A stretch of DNA of 63,431 nucleotides from NCBI GenBank assembly GCA_009692435.1, contig SHZE01000004.1, forward strand, positions 1-63,431, written 5' to 3'. The position numbers were made by a program, and so were the translations under genes. This document shows positions 8,508 through 16,816 of the stretch, piece by piece. The stretch comes from Deltaproteobacteria bacterium. Its GTDB lineage: Bacteria; Desulfobacterota; Binatia; Bin18. Below the pieces are notes generated by a model that ran no database searches, was not told where the DNA came from, and worked only from the letters and a program-made list of their open reading frames with translations. Within the stretch, counting starts at the first letter, position 1. Every line of letters starts with the position of its first letter.

Positions 8508-9321
8508 GGACAGGCACTCCGCGTTTGGCAAGGAACTCTTTACACTCACGAACAGTGTATTCACGATAGTGAAAGATCGACGCCGCGAGTGCCGCATCCG
8601 CGCCGCCAGCAGTCAGACCTTCGTAAATATGTTGGAGTGTGCCGACACCACCAGAGGCAATGACTGGAATAGTGACTGCATCCGCAATCGCTCGTGTCAG
8701 TTCAATGTCATAGCCAGCTTTCGTGCCGTCGCGGTCCATGCTGGTCAGCAGGATTTCTCCCGCGCCATACGATTCCATCCGCCGCGCCCATTCAATGGCA
8801 TCGAGACCTGTCGGTGTTCGCCCACCGTGAATGAAGACCTCCCAGGACAGTGGGCCTGGGGGCTGGGGGCTAGGGACTGGATTTTCTGAACTCGAAACTC
8901 GAAACTCGAAACTCGAAACTTTTCGTTTCGCATCAATCGCCACTACGATACATTGCGAGCCGAAACGCTCGGCGGCTTCTTTCACGAACTCCGGACGACT
9001 GACGGCGGCGGTGTTGATCGACACTTTATCCGCGCCAGCATTGAGCAAGTCACGAATATCTTGGACCTCGTGCACTCCGCCACCAACAGTGAGCGGCATA
9101 AACACCGTTTCCGCGGTTCTCCGCACAACATCAAGGATAATTTTGCGCTGTTCGTGTGAGGCCGTGATATCAAGAAAGGTCAATTCGTCGGCCCCTTCTT
9201 CATCATAGCGCTGCGCGACTTCGACGGGATCGCCGGCATCGCGCAGGTCCACAAAGTTCACCCCTTTGACGACCCGCCCATCTTTGACATCGAGACACGG
9301 AATAATGCGCTTACTCAGCAT
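8500..9321 (-). CDS. hisF: Imidazole glycerol phosphate synthase cyclase subunit, with a repeat-encoded loop insertion
   Basis: [40 protein letters not shown]; 273 aa from ATG 9321. Confidence 0.97.
   Translation of the reverse strand: MLSKRIIPCLDVKDGRVVKGVNFVDLRDAGDPVEVAQRYDEEGADELTFLDITASHEQRKIILDVVRRTAETVFMPLTVGGGVHEVQDIRDLLNAGADKVSINTAAVSRPEFVKEAAERFGSQCIVVAIDAKRKVSSFEFRVSSSENPVPSPQPPGPLSWEVFIHGGRTPTGLDAIEWARRMESYGAGEILLTSMDRDGTKAGYDIELTRAIADAVTIPVIASGGVGTLQHIYEGLTAGGADAALAASIFHYREYTVRECKEFLAKRGVPVRI
8856..8920 (+). repeat. Heptamer arrays inside hisF: (CTGGGGG)-type x3.5 and (AACTCGA) x4.5
   Basis: 8856..8880 and 8889..8920; translated as [21 protein letters not shown]. Confidence 0.92.
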
Positions 9322-9363
9322 GCCAGGAGTGTTGAAGGTTTCAGGAAAAGAGTCAAGCACTGC

Positions 9364-10278
9364 TTAGGGTTCAAGATGATCCAGCGAGGCCATAGTCGGG
9401 TCCTTTGGCCCCTCGCCTTGCTCCTCTTCGTTTGTGGCCCACACGATTTTGCTGTAATCGAACCGCCCGGACTCGATCATATTAAATTTGACAATCTCAA
9501 AGTAGGGCGAGAGATCAAAGTCTCGTGGAGTAACGAGGCTGTGATGCGGACGGTGAAAGACGAACTGTGACCGCGAGCCATTGGCGAACGAGAGGAGGCG
9601 TTCACGCCACGAGCGGGGGGTGAGCGTGACCGGTTGCGTGGTGATCTGGGGGACTACTGGAAATCCAACGGTATCAAAGGCAGCGGCAATCATACTGGAA
9701 CAAATGACTTGTGTTGGGAGGCGACTACCAAAGTGGAGTGCTTTGCGTCGGAAGCGACGGGGAACAATACTCACCGGAAGAAAATATCGCGCCAGATCGA
9801 AGACATTTTGCAGATCATATTCATGGCCGAGTTGGTGTATGACCTCATCCAGAATATGTTGCACATGATCCTTACGCAGATTGTGCGGACGGCAGACGCG
9901 AATGTTGAGGTTGAGATACTTGGACAACGGCGACACGACGACTCCCCCTTCGACGAGGGCTTCAACTAAGAGATAGTTCGCCTCTTCTCCAAAGGCCGCT
10001 CGCGCTTGGCCAGCTTGAGGGTGGTTCCGTCGGAGTAATTCATCTCCAATGTAGAGCGCGGCATGGGACCAAGAGCTTTGCGTGAGATATTTGATCACCT
10101 CGCTCACGCGCTGTTCACCTTCAAGGAGGATCACGTCCCCCTTTTTAATATGATTTTTCAGTTCGTCTAGATCATTGGGACAGCGTGAGGTGTAGTTCCT
10201 CAGTCGCTTCGTCAAAATCTTGGTGAATTGCCGAATGAGAAAGCGGCGAATGGCTTGCCAGGGAGAAGCGATACGCAT
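9364..10278 (-). CDS. YiiX/YebB-like permuted papain-like (NlpC/P60) amidase
   Basis: KKGDVILL...SSWSHAALYIG...VICSSMIAAAF (His before Cys). Start at ATG 10278; the longer ORF start lies in repeat DNA. Confidence 0.8.
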   Translation of the reverse strand: MRIASPWQAIRRFLIRQFTKILTKRLRNYTSRCPNDLDELKNHIKKGDVILLEGEQRVSEVIKYLTQSSWSHAALYIGDELLRRNHPQAGQARAAFGEEANYLLVEALVEGGVVVSPLSKYLNLNIRVCRPHNLRKDHVQHILDEVIHQLGHEYDLQNVFDLARYFLPVSIVPRRFRRKALHFGSRLPTQVICSSMIAAAFDTVGFPVVPQITTQPVTLTPRSWRERLLSFANGSRSQFVFHRPHHSLVTPRDFDLSPYFEIVKFNMIESGRFDYSKIVWATNEEEQGEGPKDPTMASLDHLEP

Positions 10279-10323
10279 GGTTCCTATTGTAAGAGAGGGA
10301 AGGGTGAGGAGACAAGGCACGGG

Positions 10324-10438
10324 GGCATGGCGTATAGCTCGCTCCCTACGGTCGCTTGATGGCTTGTGGCAGGAGCGTTCTTGCCATAGAGTGAGCGCAG
10401 CAAACGAGCCATGCGCCATAGAGCGAGTGAAGCGAGCG
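10324..10438. repeat. Short intergenic repeat element with a duplicated GCCATAGAG(T/C)GAG motif
   Basis: GCCATAGAGTGAGCGCAG (10383) and GCCATAGAGCGAGTGAAG (10415); GCTCGCTCCCTACGGTCGC nearby. Confidence 0.4.
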
Positions 10439-10453
10439 GGCGGTGTCCGCCGT

Positions 10454-11188
10454 TTAGTGCGGCAGATGCTTCCCGACCAGAATCGCTTCCGCGAGGTTGA
10501 CCGCCCCGGTATACAATGCCCGCCCGACGATGACTCCGCTGATACCGCGTGACTCTAATGGGGCAAGACGTTGAATGTCACGCAACGTCGCCACGCCGCC
10601 AGAAGCGATGACCGGGAGGGCGACCGCTTGGGCAAGGGCGAGGGTGGCTTCCAGGTTGACTCCCTGTTCGGTGCCGTCACGAGCAATGTCGGTATACACA
10701 ATCTCACTGACCCCCATCGCGGCACAGCGTTGCGCCAAATCCACGGCTTCGAGAGTAGTTGTTTCTGTCCAGCCTTGAACGGCAACCTTTCCGCCGCGCG
10801 CATCGATACCAACGGTAATGTGACCAGGAAAGCGTTGACAAGCCGCCGCTACGACATCAGGGTCGCGGTACGCAACTGTGCCAAGGATCATACGGCTGAC
10901 CCCAAGAAATGACAGCCGCTCAATCGCTTCAAGGTTCCGAATGCCGCCACCCACTTGAACAGGAATGGTCAGTGCTCGACAGATGCGCCCGATGACGGCG
11001 GTATTGACGCCTGAGCCAGAGACTGCGCCGTCGAGGTCAACGACGTGCAAACGCTCGGCTCCCTCATTTTGCCAGCGCAGAGCAGTGGCAACTGGGTCAT
11101 CCGAATAAATCGTGGCTTGGTTCATATCGCCTTGGTAGAGGCGAACGCAGTGACCGTCTTTCAGGTCGATGGCAGGGATAACTAGCAT
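10454..11188 (-). CDS. hisA: ProFAR isomerase
   Basis: MLVIPAIDLKDGHCVRLYQG, LHVVDLDGA, YTDIARDG. Confidence 0.97.
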   Translation of the reverse strand: MLVIPAIDLKDGHCVRLYQGDMNQATIYSDDPVATALRWQNEGAERLHVVDLDGAVSGSGVNTAVIGRICRALTIPVQVGGGIRNLEAIERLSFLGVSRMILGTVAYRDPDVVAAACQRFPGHITVGIDARGGKVAVQGWTETTTLEAVDLAQRCAAMGVSEIVYTDIARDGTEQGVNLEATLALAQAVALPVIASGGVATLRDIQRLAPLESRGISGVIVGRALYTGAVNLAEAILVGKHLPH

Positions 11189-11189
11189 A

Positions 11190-11240
11190 GTGGGGATTCG
11201 GGGTTTAGGGGTTGGGAGCTAGGGATTGGTAGGCTAGAGC
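11190..11240. repeat. Degenerate G-rich heptamer array across the hisH 3' end and the hisH-hisA gap
   Basis: TGGGGAT TCGGGGT TTAGGGG TTGGGAG CTAGGGA TTGGTAG; encodes the HisH tail YQSLAPNP and its stop. Confidence 0.7.
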
Positions 11241-11864
11241 TTCTCCCTGTACCAATCGGCCAAAGTTAGAGAGGATACGGAGCCCGATGGACTGGCTTTT
11301 CTCCGGGTGGAACTGGGTTGCAAAAATGTTGCGCCACTGAACGCTCGACGCGAATTCCATCTGGCCGTAGTCCGTGGTGGTGGCAATGATGGCGGGATCG
11401 TCCGGCACTGGATAATAGGAATGGACGAAATAGACGGCAGAGCCTTCGGCGATTCCGTCGAAGTGCGGGAGGCGACGTTTGAGATGGAGCTGGTTCCAGC
11501 CCATGTGGGGAATTTTTCCCCCGTCGAGTTGGGTGGGATCAAACCGCACGACTTGGCCTTTGAGAATATCCAGCCCGCGCACTCGGCCAAACTCAACGCT
11601 TTCTGTAAACAGAATCTGCATGCCCACACAAATACCGAGTAATGGGGTGCCGTTGGCGACGACTCGATACACGGTATCGGTCAGGCCGCATTCGGCCAAA
11701 CCGTTCATGCAAGCGGCGAAAGCCCCAACGCCGGGAAGGACGACTCCTGGAGCGGCCTCAATCCGTTTGGCATCACGGGTCACTTCCGCTGCGTAGCCCA
11801 TTTTCTCAAAGCCCTTCTGGACACTGCGCAAGTTGCCCATGCCGTAATCAATAATGGCAATCAT
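11205..11864 (-). CDS. hisH: IGP synthase glutamine amidotransferase subunit
   Basis: MIAIIDYGMGNL, LGICVGMQ, QFHPEKS. Confidence 0.97.
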   Translation of the reverse strand: MIAIIDYGMGNLRSVQKGFEKMGYAAEVTRDAKRIEAAPGVVLPGVGAFAACMNGLAECGLTDTVYRVVANGTPLLGICVGMQILFTESVEFGRVRGLDILKGQVVRFDPTQLDGGKIPHMGWNQLHLKRRLPHFDGIAEGSAVYFVHSYYPVPDDPAIIATTTDYGQMEFASSVQWRNIFATQFHPEKSQSIGLRILSNFGRLVQGEALAYQSLAPNP

Positions 11865-12040
11865 GCGGGCATTATTCCGGGGGGCGGGGAAAGAAGCAAC
11901 GGGGAAGAGGTGGCGCAGGTGGGCGGCTACCGCAAAGGGAAGAGCGCGATTCATCTCGCGCGGACGTATGGGGGACGGCAGCAGAATTTTAGGGTTTGAC
12001 CGTGGCAGCCATCTTGGGTGGCTCCTGAACTTCTAACAAC

Positions 12041-12089
12041 AACCGCTTTGAGCGGTTCACGTCCCCAAGACCTCCGGCTTTGCCGGAGG
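12041..12089. repeat. Two hairpins resembling an IS200/IS605-type end remnant
   Basis: AACCGC-TTTGA-GCGGTT (12041..12057) and CCTCCGGC-TTT-GCCGGAGG (12071..12089); no tnpA/tnpB nearby. Confidence 0.4.
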
Positions 12090-12208
12090 ATGTTTTATTA
12101 CGCAGCGTATAAAAGAGGCAATGTCGAGCATCGGTGGAAATGATTCTGCCAGCTCTTTCGACTTGTCATCCACCAGTCTGCTCGCTACAGTGCCTCTCGG
12201 AGAGCGAG

Positions 12209-12475
12209 ATGTGAGAATTTGAGTGGGACGAGGAAAATGAAGAAAAGGTTCGTTTCCATGCCGTCGCACCTGAAGAAGTCGAGCAATGTTTTTTCAATCG
12301 TCACTTACGAAAACGCAAACCACGGTCAGTTGATCGCTGGTATCTCTTTGGAAGAACGGACGGAGGACGCGCGTTGTTTGTTGTCTACCAAAGCTTGGGG
12401 GGAAATGACGTCCGACCCATAACTGCCTATGATCTCTCGCCTGCTTTCAGAAGGAAATATGGTAAAAGAATCTAA
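12209..12475 (+). pseudogene. BrnT-family toxin, disrupted at codon 2
   Basis: Not in the ORF track. ATG TGA GAA TTT GAG TGG GAC gives M*EFEWDEENEEKVRFHAVAPEEVEQCFFN...RWYLFGRTDGGRALFVVYQ...VRPITAY...YGKRI*; SD GGAG at 12199. Confidence 0.82.
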
Positions 12476-12803
12476 ACGCACTCTTAAACGAATCCCGGCT
12501 TTTCGTTCAGAAGCTGAAGAGGCTCGATGGTACGGGGTGCACCGTGATGACCTTCATGAGTATATGGATATGGATGATGCCGAACTGGTCGAGCCGAAAG
12601 CCAACGGAGACCGAAGTGGTATGACACAGGCCCTCTCTTTGCGGCTGCCACAGCGGTTACTGACTGGCCTGCGCCGCGTGGCAGAACAGCAGGAGATCTC
12701 ATACCAGATGCTGATCAAGCAATGGCTGACGGAACGCCTGGCTCAAGAGAGTGCTCCTTCAATCACCCGTCGACCTCAGAGCCGACGCTCGCGTGCGGCA
12801 TAG
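12459..12803 (+). CDS. BrnA-like / CopG (RHH) antitoxin
   Basis: IPAFRSEAEEA...SLRLPQRLLTGLRRVA...SYQMLIKQWL; overlaps the brnT end. Confidence 0.82.
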   Translation: MVKESKRTLKRIPAFRSEAEEARWYGVHRDDLHEYMDMDDAELVEPKANGDRSGMTQALSLRLPQRLLTGLRRVAEQQEISYQMLIKQWLTERLAQESAPSITRRPQSRRSRAA

Positions 12804-12934
12804 TCAACTCTGTCTCTAACCTTCAGCTCCTAGCCTCAGTTCAGACTTTGAACCACAGAGTTCGAACGCGACACTAAAACGCTCCATCCTCCTGTTTCGT
12901 TCCCTGCCCCTCATTATTCTTCTCTCTCCATTTG

Positions 12935-12962
12935 CCATTCATCATTCCGCATTCATCATTCG
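12935..12962 (+). repeat. Heptamer array (NCATTCN) x4
   Basis: CCATTCA TCATTCC GCATTCA TCATTCG, right after the stop of the TPR relic. Confidence 0.8.
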
Positions 12963-12966
12963 TCGT

Positions 12967-13260
12967 TTACTTCAACCCCGCCTTGCGCAACGCGGCAATA
13001 TGCCGCTCCAACACCGCCGGATCTTTGATCGGCATTCTCTCTTTGTGAACCTCCAATGAGAACTTAGGATTGAGCCGCAGCACTTCTGCGATCTCCGCCC
13101 GCGCCTCGGCTGCTTGGCCTAACTCACTGTAGACTGCGGCCAGCATGAGATGGGCGCCCAGAATGTTGGGATAGTGGCTGACATAACGCTGCAAAGGAGC
13201 AATCGCCTCTTCGGGCCGTCCTGAGTATTGACCAGATAGCGAGCGCCAGCCGTCACGCAC
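12967..13260 (-). pseudogene. C-terminal TPR relic of an adenylate cyclase-TPR protein
   Basis: EEAIAPL...HLMLAAVYSELG...EARAE.AEVLRLNP.FSLE...ALRKAGLK is a typical end of such proteins; no N-terminal part. Confidence 0.7.
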
Positions 13261-13501
13261 TTTCTCCCAACTCAGCTAGGAACTCCTCCGGGCTTTTGAG
13301 TCGCCCGTCGCTATTGTGAGAATCGCGAAAGCGCATCCACTCCAGATAGTCACGCACGTCTTCTACATTCTTGAACGCCGCCCACTGGCCGTATTTGTCG
13401 TGCAGCAACTTGCTTAATGCGCCAATCAGCCGCGAGAGGTCTTCCGGCGCCAAGGTCTCTGCCTTGGCTAAAACGTCTTGATAGGTTTCCTGTGGCTCCA
13501 C
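13253..13501 (-). CDS. Small hypothetical protein, antitoxin-like
   Basis: 82-aa ORF, helical N-terminus (YQDVLAKAETLAPEDLSRLI) and acidic C-terminus; family not recognised. Confidence 0.55.
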   Translation of the reverse strand: MEPQETYQDVLAKAETLAPEDLSRLIGALSKLLHDKYGQWAAFKNVEDVRDYLEWMRFRDSHNSDGRLKSPEEFLAELGESA

Positions 13502-13589
13502 AATCTTTTCTTTTCTAGAAGGATAGAGGTAGATTATCCAGTCATTCTGCTTAACTCAACCTCGACAACTCGTCATCGAGCTCGATCAC

Positions 13590-13677
13590 TTAATGGCTCG
13601 ACTCTTCCAGGAACGCTTTCGCCTCTTGCAAGTCCTTGGTGTCAAACCCTTCGGTGAACCAGCCGTAGATCTCACTC
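13590..13677 (-). pseudogene. Orphan 3' tail of a STAND cyclase gene
   Basis: SEIYGWFTEGFDTKDLQEAKAFLEE; 13618..13670 matches 20171..20223 at 48/53 nt. Confidence 0.8.
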
Positions 13678-15009
13678 GGCCTCTTTGGGATACCGGTCTC
13701 ACATGCCATTTTCCGTTCGCCATTTGGGACGCTGGTCGCTGCCAGCTCCACGTTGCCTCCGAGCGGAGATATTTCTGGTGCCTGCCCGCCGTCGCCTCCT
13801 CTCGCTGATCCGTGTGCGACCAGTGTGATTGTCGGTTTGCCGATCTCCAGCCGCAGCCCGTTCCCCCTCTTGATGTTCTCGCACGGAGCCAACCTGGATC
13901 CCCACTTCTATGTCAGCCTGACCGAGTATCTTGCGAGTCACGGCTATATTGTTGTGGCTCTGGAACACACCGGCAACCGACTTGTGGACAATTATGCCCT
14001 CGGCCTAACGGGGTTCGGCTGTGAGACATTGCCGATCAGGCCCTGCAGGGACGCGAATACGAAGAGCGCGGTAGACCGCCCGCACGATATCCGCTTTGTC
14101 CTTGATCAGGTGCTGGCTGGCAATGCCGGCGTGGCTCCAGCAGTGATCGATGCAGACCGCATTGGCATGTATGGCTACTCCTCTGGCGGCTCTACTACGC
14201 TCGCTGTGGCGGGAGGGACGGTCTCCGGTGCGCTGCCAGACCGTCGCATCAAGGCGATTGCCCCCCTCTCCCCCTCGGCCAGTGTCTTTGCGGCGTTTCT
14301 CGATCCCGAGCTGGTCCCGCTGACCGGGAACATTGAGGTTCCCACACTCGTCTCATTCGGAAAAGCCGACATTACTGCCGGCATCAACTTTGTGGACGAG
14401 GGACGGGAGATTTTTACCGACCTGGACACGCAGGCAGTGGGAGAAAAGTATCGGGTCGAGATTCAGCGCGGAGTGCACATCGGATTCACGGATATCTGCG
14501 CCTTTCTCGCCGGGAACCTGGAGGCGATTCAGCACGGGAACGCCAGCCCACTTGATCCGATCAACCTTCTTGCGTTTCTCACCTTCGACGGCCAACTCCC
14601 GCCGTCGCCACCAACAGCTCTTGGCAAGAGCAGAGACGGAGCGCAGGCGATCTGCTCATCTGACCTGTTCTACCGCCCCGACAATTTTGCCGTGTGGAAT
14701 GCAGTGACCCTATTTCCACCGGCCCCGCCGATTCCGCTTTCGGCTTTCCTGTTTCCTCCAGATCAGATTCCGGGCTATATCGACGCGAACTCAGCGTATA
14801 CCCCGTCGTTAGCGAGCAGCAAGCATCTACAGATTGTGAACACGTATGTGGTCGCCTTCTTCAACCGACATCTCAAAAAGGACTTGCGCTACGTCTTCTA
14901 CCTCTTGCCGCTGTATGCAGAGTTCAAACAACCCAATGCCGAAGTCGAGTTCTGCAAAGCGAGCCGACATGGCAAAAAAGAGTGGTGCGTCGATAACATC
15001 ACAGAATGA
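13678..15009 (+). CDS. Alpha/beta hydrolase (PAF-acetylhydrolase/dienelactone hydrolase-like), probably 5'-truncated
   Basis: FSHG, GYIVVALEH, GYSSGG nucleophile elbow; the frame stays open upstream to the cyclase-tail junction without a good ATG/SD. Confidence 0.7.
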   Translation, partial: GLFGIPVSHAIFRSPFGTLVAASSTLPPSGDISGACPPSPPLADPCATSVIVGLPISSRSPFPLLMFSHGANLDPHFYVSLTEYLASHGYIVVALEHTGNRLVDNYALGLTGFGCETLPIRPCRDANTKSAVDRPHDIRFVLDQVLAGNAGVAPAVIDADRIGMYGYSSGGSTTLAVAGGTVSGALPDRRIKAIAPLSPSASVFAAFLDPELVPLTGNIEVPTLVSFGKADITAGINFVDEGREIFTDLDTQAVGEKYRVEIQRGVHIGFTDICAFLAGNLEAIQHGNASPLDPINLLAFLTFDGQLPPSPPTALGKSRDGAQAICSSDLFYRPDNFAVWNAVTLFPPAPPIPLSAFLFPPDQIPGYIDANSAYTPSLASSKHLQIVNTYVVAFFNRHLKKDLRYVFYLLPLYAEFKQPNAEVEFCKASRHGKKEWCVDNITE

Positions 15010-15049
15010 CTTGAAATGGGGAGTGACCATGAAAGGGGAGAGTCTACAC

Positions 15050-15655
15050 CTACGGCGCTCGCCACATGCCCCAGATATGCGGCCCCTTCTGGATGTCGCA
15101 TTCTTTCATCACCTTAAAGCCATGCCTGATATAGAAAGGAAGGTTGCGCTCATTGCTTGTCTCAAGGTACGCCGGCACTCTCCCTGCATCGCACCGCTCC
15201 AGCACCGGCCGTATGAGAGTGCTGCCTAAGCCCCTCCCTTGCTCCGAGGGGGCTACGCCGAGGAGGGCCAGATACCAGTGAGGCTTTTCCTTTGGGTGCA
15301 TCTTCTCTATGTGATTGAGATCATGCAACGCCCTCGGCGTCCTCCACAGCCCAAAGATGTGAGGGAACCCGAGCAGGAGGCTCACTTGTTGCCAAAGAGA
15401 AGGTGGGTACTTGCCGGGCGGCAACCAAAGCGCCCCTCCTAGGATAGCTCCGAGCGTGTAGCATTCCTGTTGAGGCAGATAAATCCGTTGCAGGACCATC
15501 CCGAATGCCTGCTCCAGCCTTGCCACCCTGCGCGCCGGATCGGGCAGGAGATGAACGCACATCGGGTCATGCTCGAATGCGCGCGCCAGAACACTCGACA
15601 GCCCTACAGCCTCGGCACTCTCGACTTTACGGGCTGTCGCAACTGCCATACGCAT
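15050..15655 (-). CDS. GNAT family N-acetyltransferase
   Basis: HWYLALLGVAPSEQGRGLGSTL, AYLETSNERNLPFY; SD GGAGGAG before ATG 15655. Confidence 0.88.
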   Translation of the reverse strand: MRMAVATARKVESAEAVGLSSVLARAFEHDPMCVHLLPDPARRVARLEQAFGMVLQRIYLPQQECYTLGAILGGALWLPPGKYPPSLWQQVSLLLGFPHIFGLWRTPRALHDLNHIEKMHPKEKPHWYLALLGVAPSEQGRGLGSTLIRPVLERCDAGRVPAYLETSNERNLPFYIRHGFKVMKECDIQKGPHIWGMWRAP

Positions 15656-15792
15656 GTCTCCTCCCAGTGAATAAGGAGTATTCATGAGCTTCCGTCAACT
15701 ACGCCAATAATAAATCATGTCTATGGCAGCCTAACACCCCAGTCACCGTTTGCCGCCCGAACTGAGACTTTTCACATTCAGTCAGAACCGCC

Positions 15793-15860
15793 GGGTGCCA
15801 CTGCTGGCTTGTCCAGCAGTGTTTGACGTGACACACGGGCAGGCAAGTTGCCTGCGGCAC
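15793..15860. repeat. REP-doublet-like palindromic element
   Basis: CACTGCTGG-CTTGT-CCAGCAGTG (15799..15821) and GCAGGCA-AGT-TGCCTGC (15839..15855), ends GGTGCC / GGCAC. Confidence 0.65.
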
Positions 15861-16023
15861 AACTCCTTTCCTGACTTCTTTCCTTTTGGATGCCACTGGC
15901 GACTTGTTCGTCAGTGCCGAATGCTACCCCTCATGCCATCGCGATGCGATTGAGGCTGCGAAGCGGCAAGTACGGGGAATCCTATGTTCCCTCCTCCCAA
16001 AAAGATGTGCTATCAAAACGGAT

Positions 16024-16272
16024 ATGAGACGATTGAACGTCATGCTTGAGCAAGAGACGTATGAAGCGCTCGAAAGGCAGGCCAAACAAACGCGAAAACC
16101 ATGCGCCAAGGTGGCAAAGGAGATATTGTCGGAGGGCTTGGCACGGCGAGATACCGCTGCTCGACGCGAAAAATTGGCGACAGACTACCGTGCTGGCCGT
16201 GCTGATATGCGAGCCTTGTTGAAGGAACTTGAGTCGTTTCAGTCGGAGCTGTTAAATGACGAAGGAGCCTGA
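16024..16272 (+). CDS. Ribbon-helix-helix antitoxin
   Basis: MRRLNVMLEQETYEALERQAK...AKVAKEILSEGL; directly upstream of mazF. Confidence 0.75.
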   Translation: MRRLNVMLEQETYEALERQAKQTRKPCAKVAKEILSEGLARRDTAARREKLATDYRAGRADMRALLKELESFQSELLNDEGA

Positions 16273-16631
16273 GACGATTGAAATCCGTAGGGGGTGATAT
16301 CCTCTGGATTCAATGCGATCCGTCATTCGGTGTCGAGCCACAAAAGATTCGGACCTGTGTGGTTGTGTCCAATGATATCGCGAATCAGCATGGACAAGCG
16401 ATTACGATTGTTCCCACCCAAGCCTATACAGCGGAACGTGCACGGCGCGCATACATGGTCGACTTACGCACGCCTCGATCTGATTTGAAAGAAGCGCGCG
16501 TCGCGAACGCGTCGATGATTATGACGTATGATCGACGACGCGTCATCAAACGAGCGGGGCGGATTGCCAGAGAAACACAAGACACCCTTGACCAAGCGGT
16601 AAGCCTTCATCTTGGGCTGTCAGTGATTTAA
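16256..16631 (+). pseudogene. MazF/PemK toxin, likely +1 frameshifted at G5 (16290..16294); an alternative TTG start at 16278 is possible
   Basis: ATG 16256 (SD GGAG 16245) gives MTKEPETIEIRRG*; removing one G gives ...IRRGDILWIQCDP..G.E..K.R.CVVVSND. Confidence 0.7.
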
Positions 16632-16816
16632 GGTCGTAGGGGAAATCTCCCAGCTACGTACGGTCGCGCGGATGCGAACCTCGACGGCGATGGAAGGAGT
16701 GGACTTCTCGGTTGCTTTCCTTGCCCCGCCTGACACGGGATGGTAGAAGGAACCCGGCGCTACGCTTGTCGGAATCGACAGCCAGTGACCTGAGTTACTG
16801 TGAGGAAGGAGTCAAT

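Noticed and set aside
12209-12214. Selenocysteine read-through of the brnT TGA
   Set aside because: Codon 2 of a ribonuclease toxin is not a catalytic Cys position, and I saw no SECIS-like hairpin right after it.
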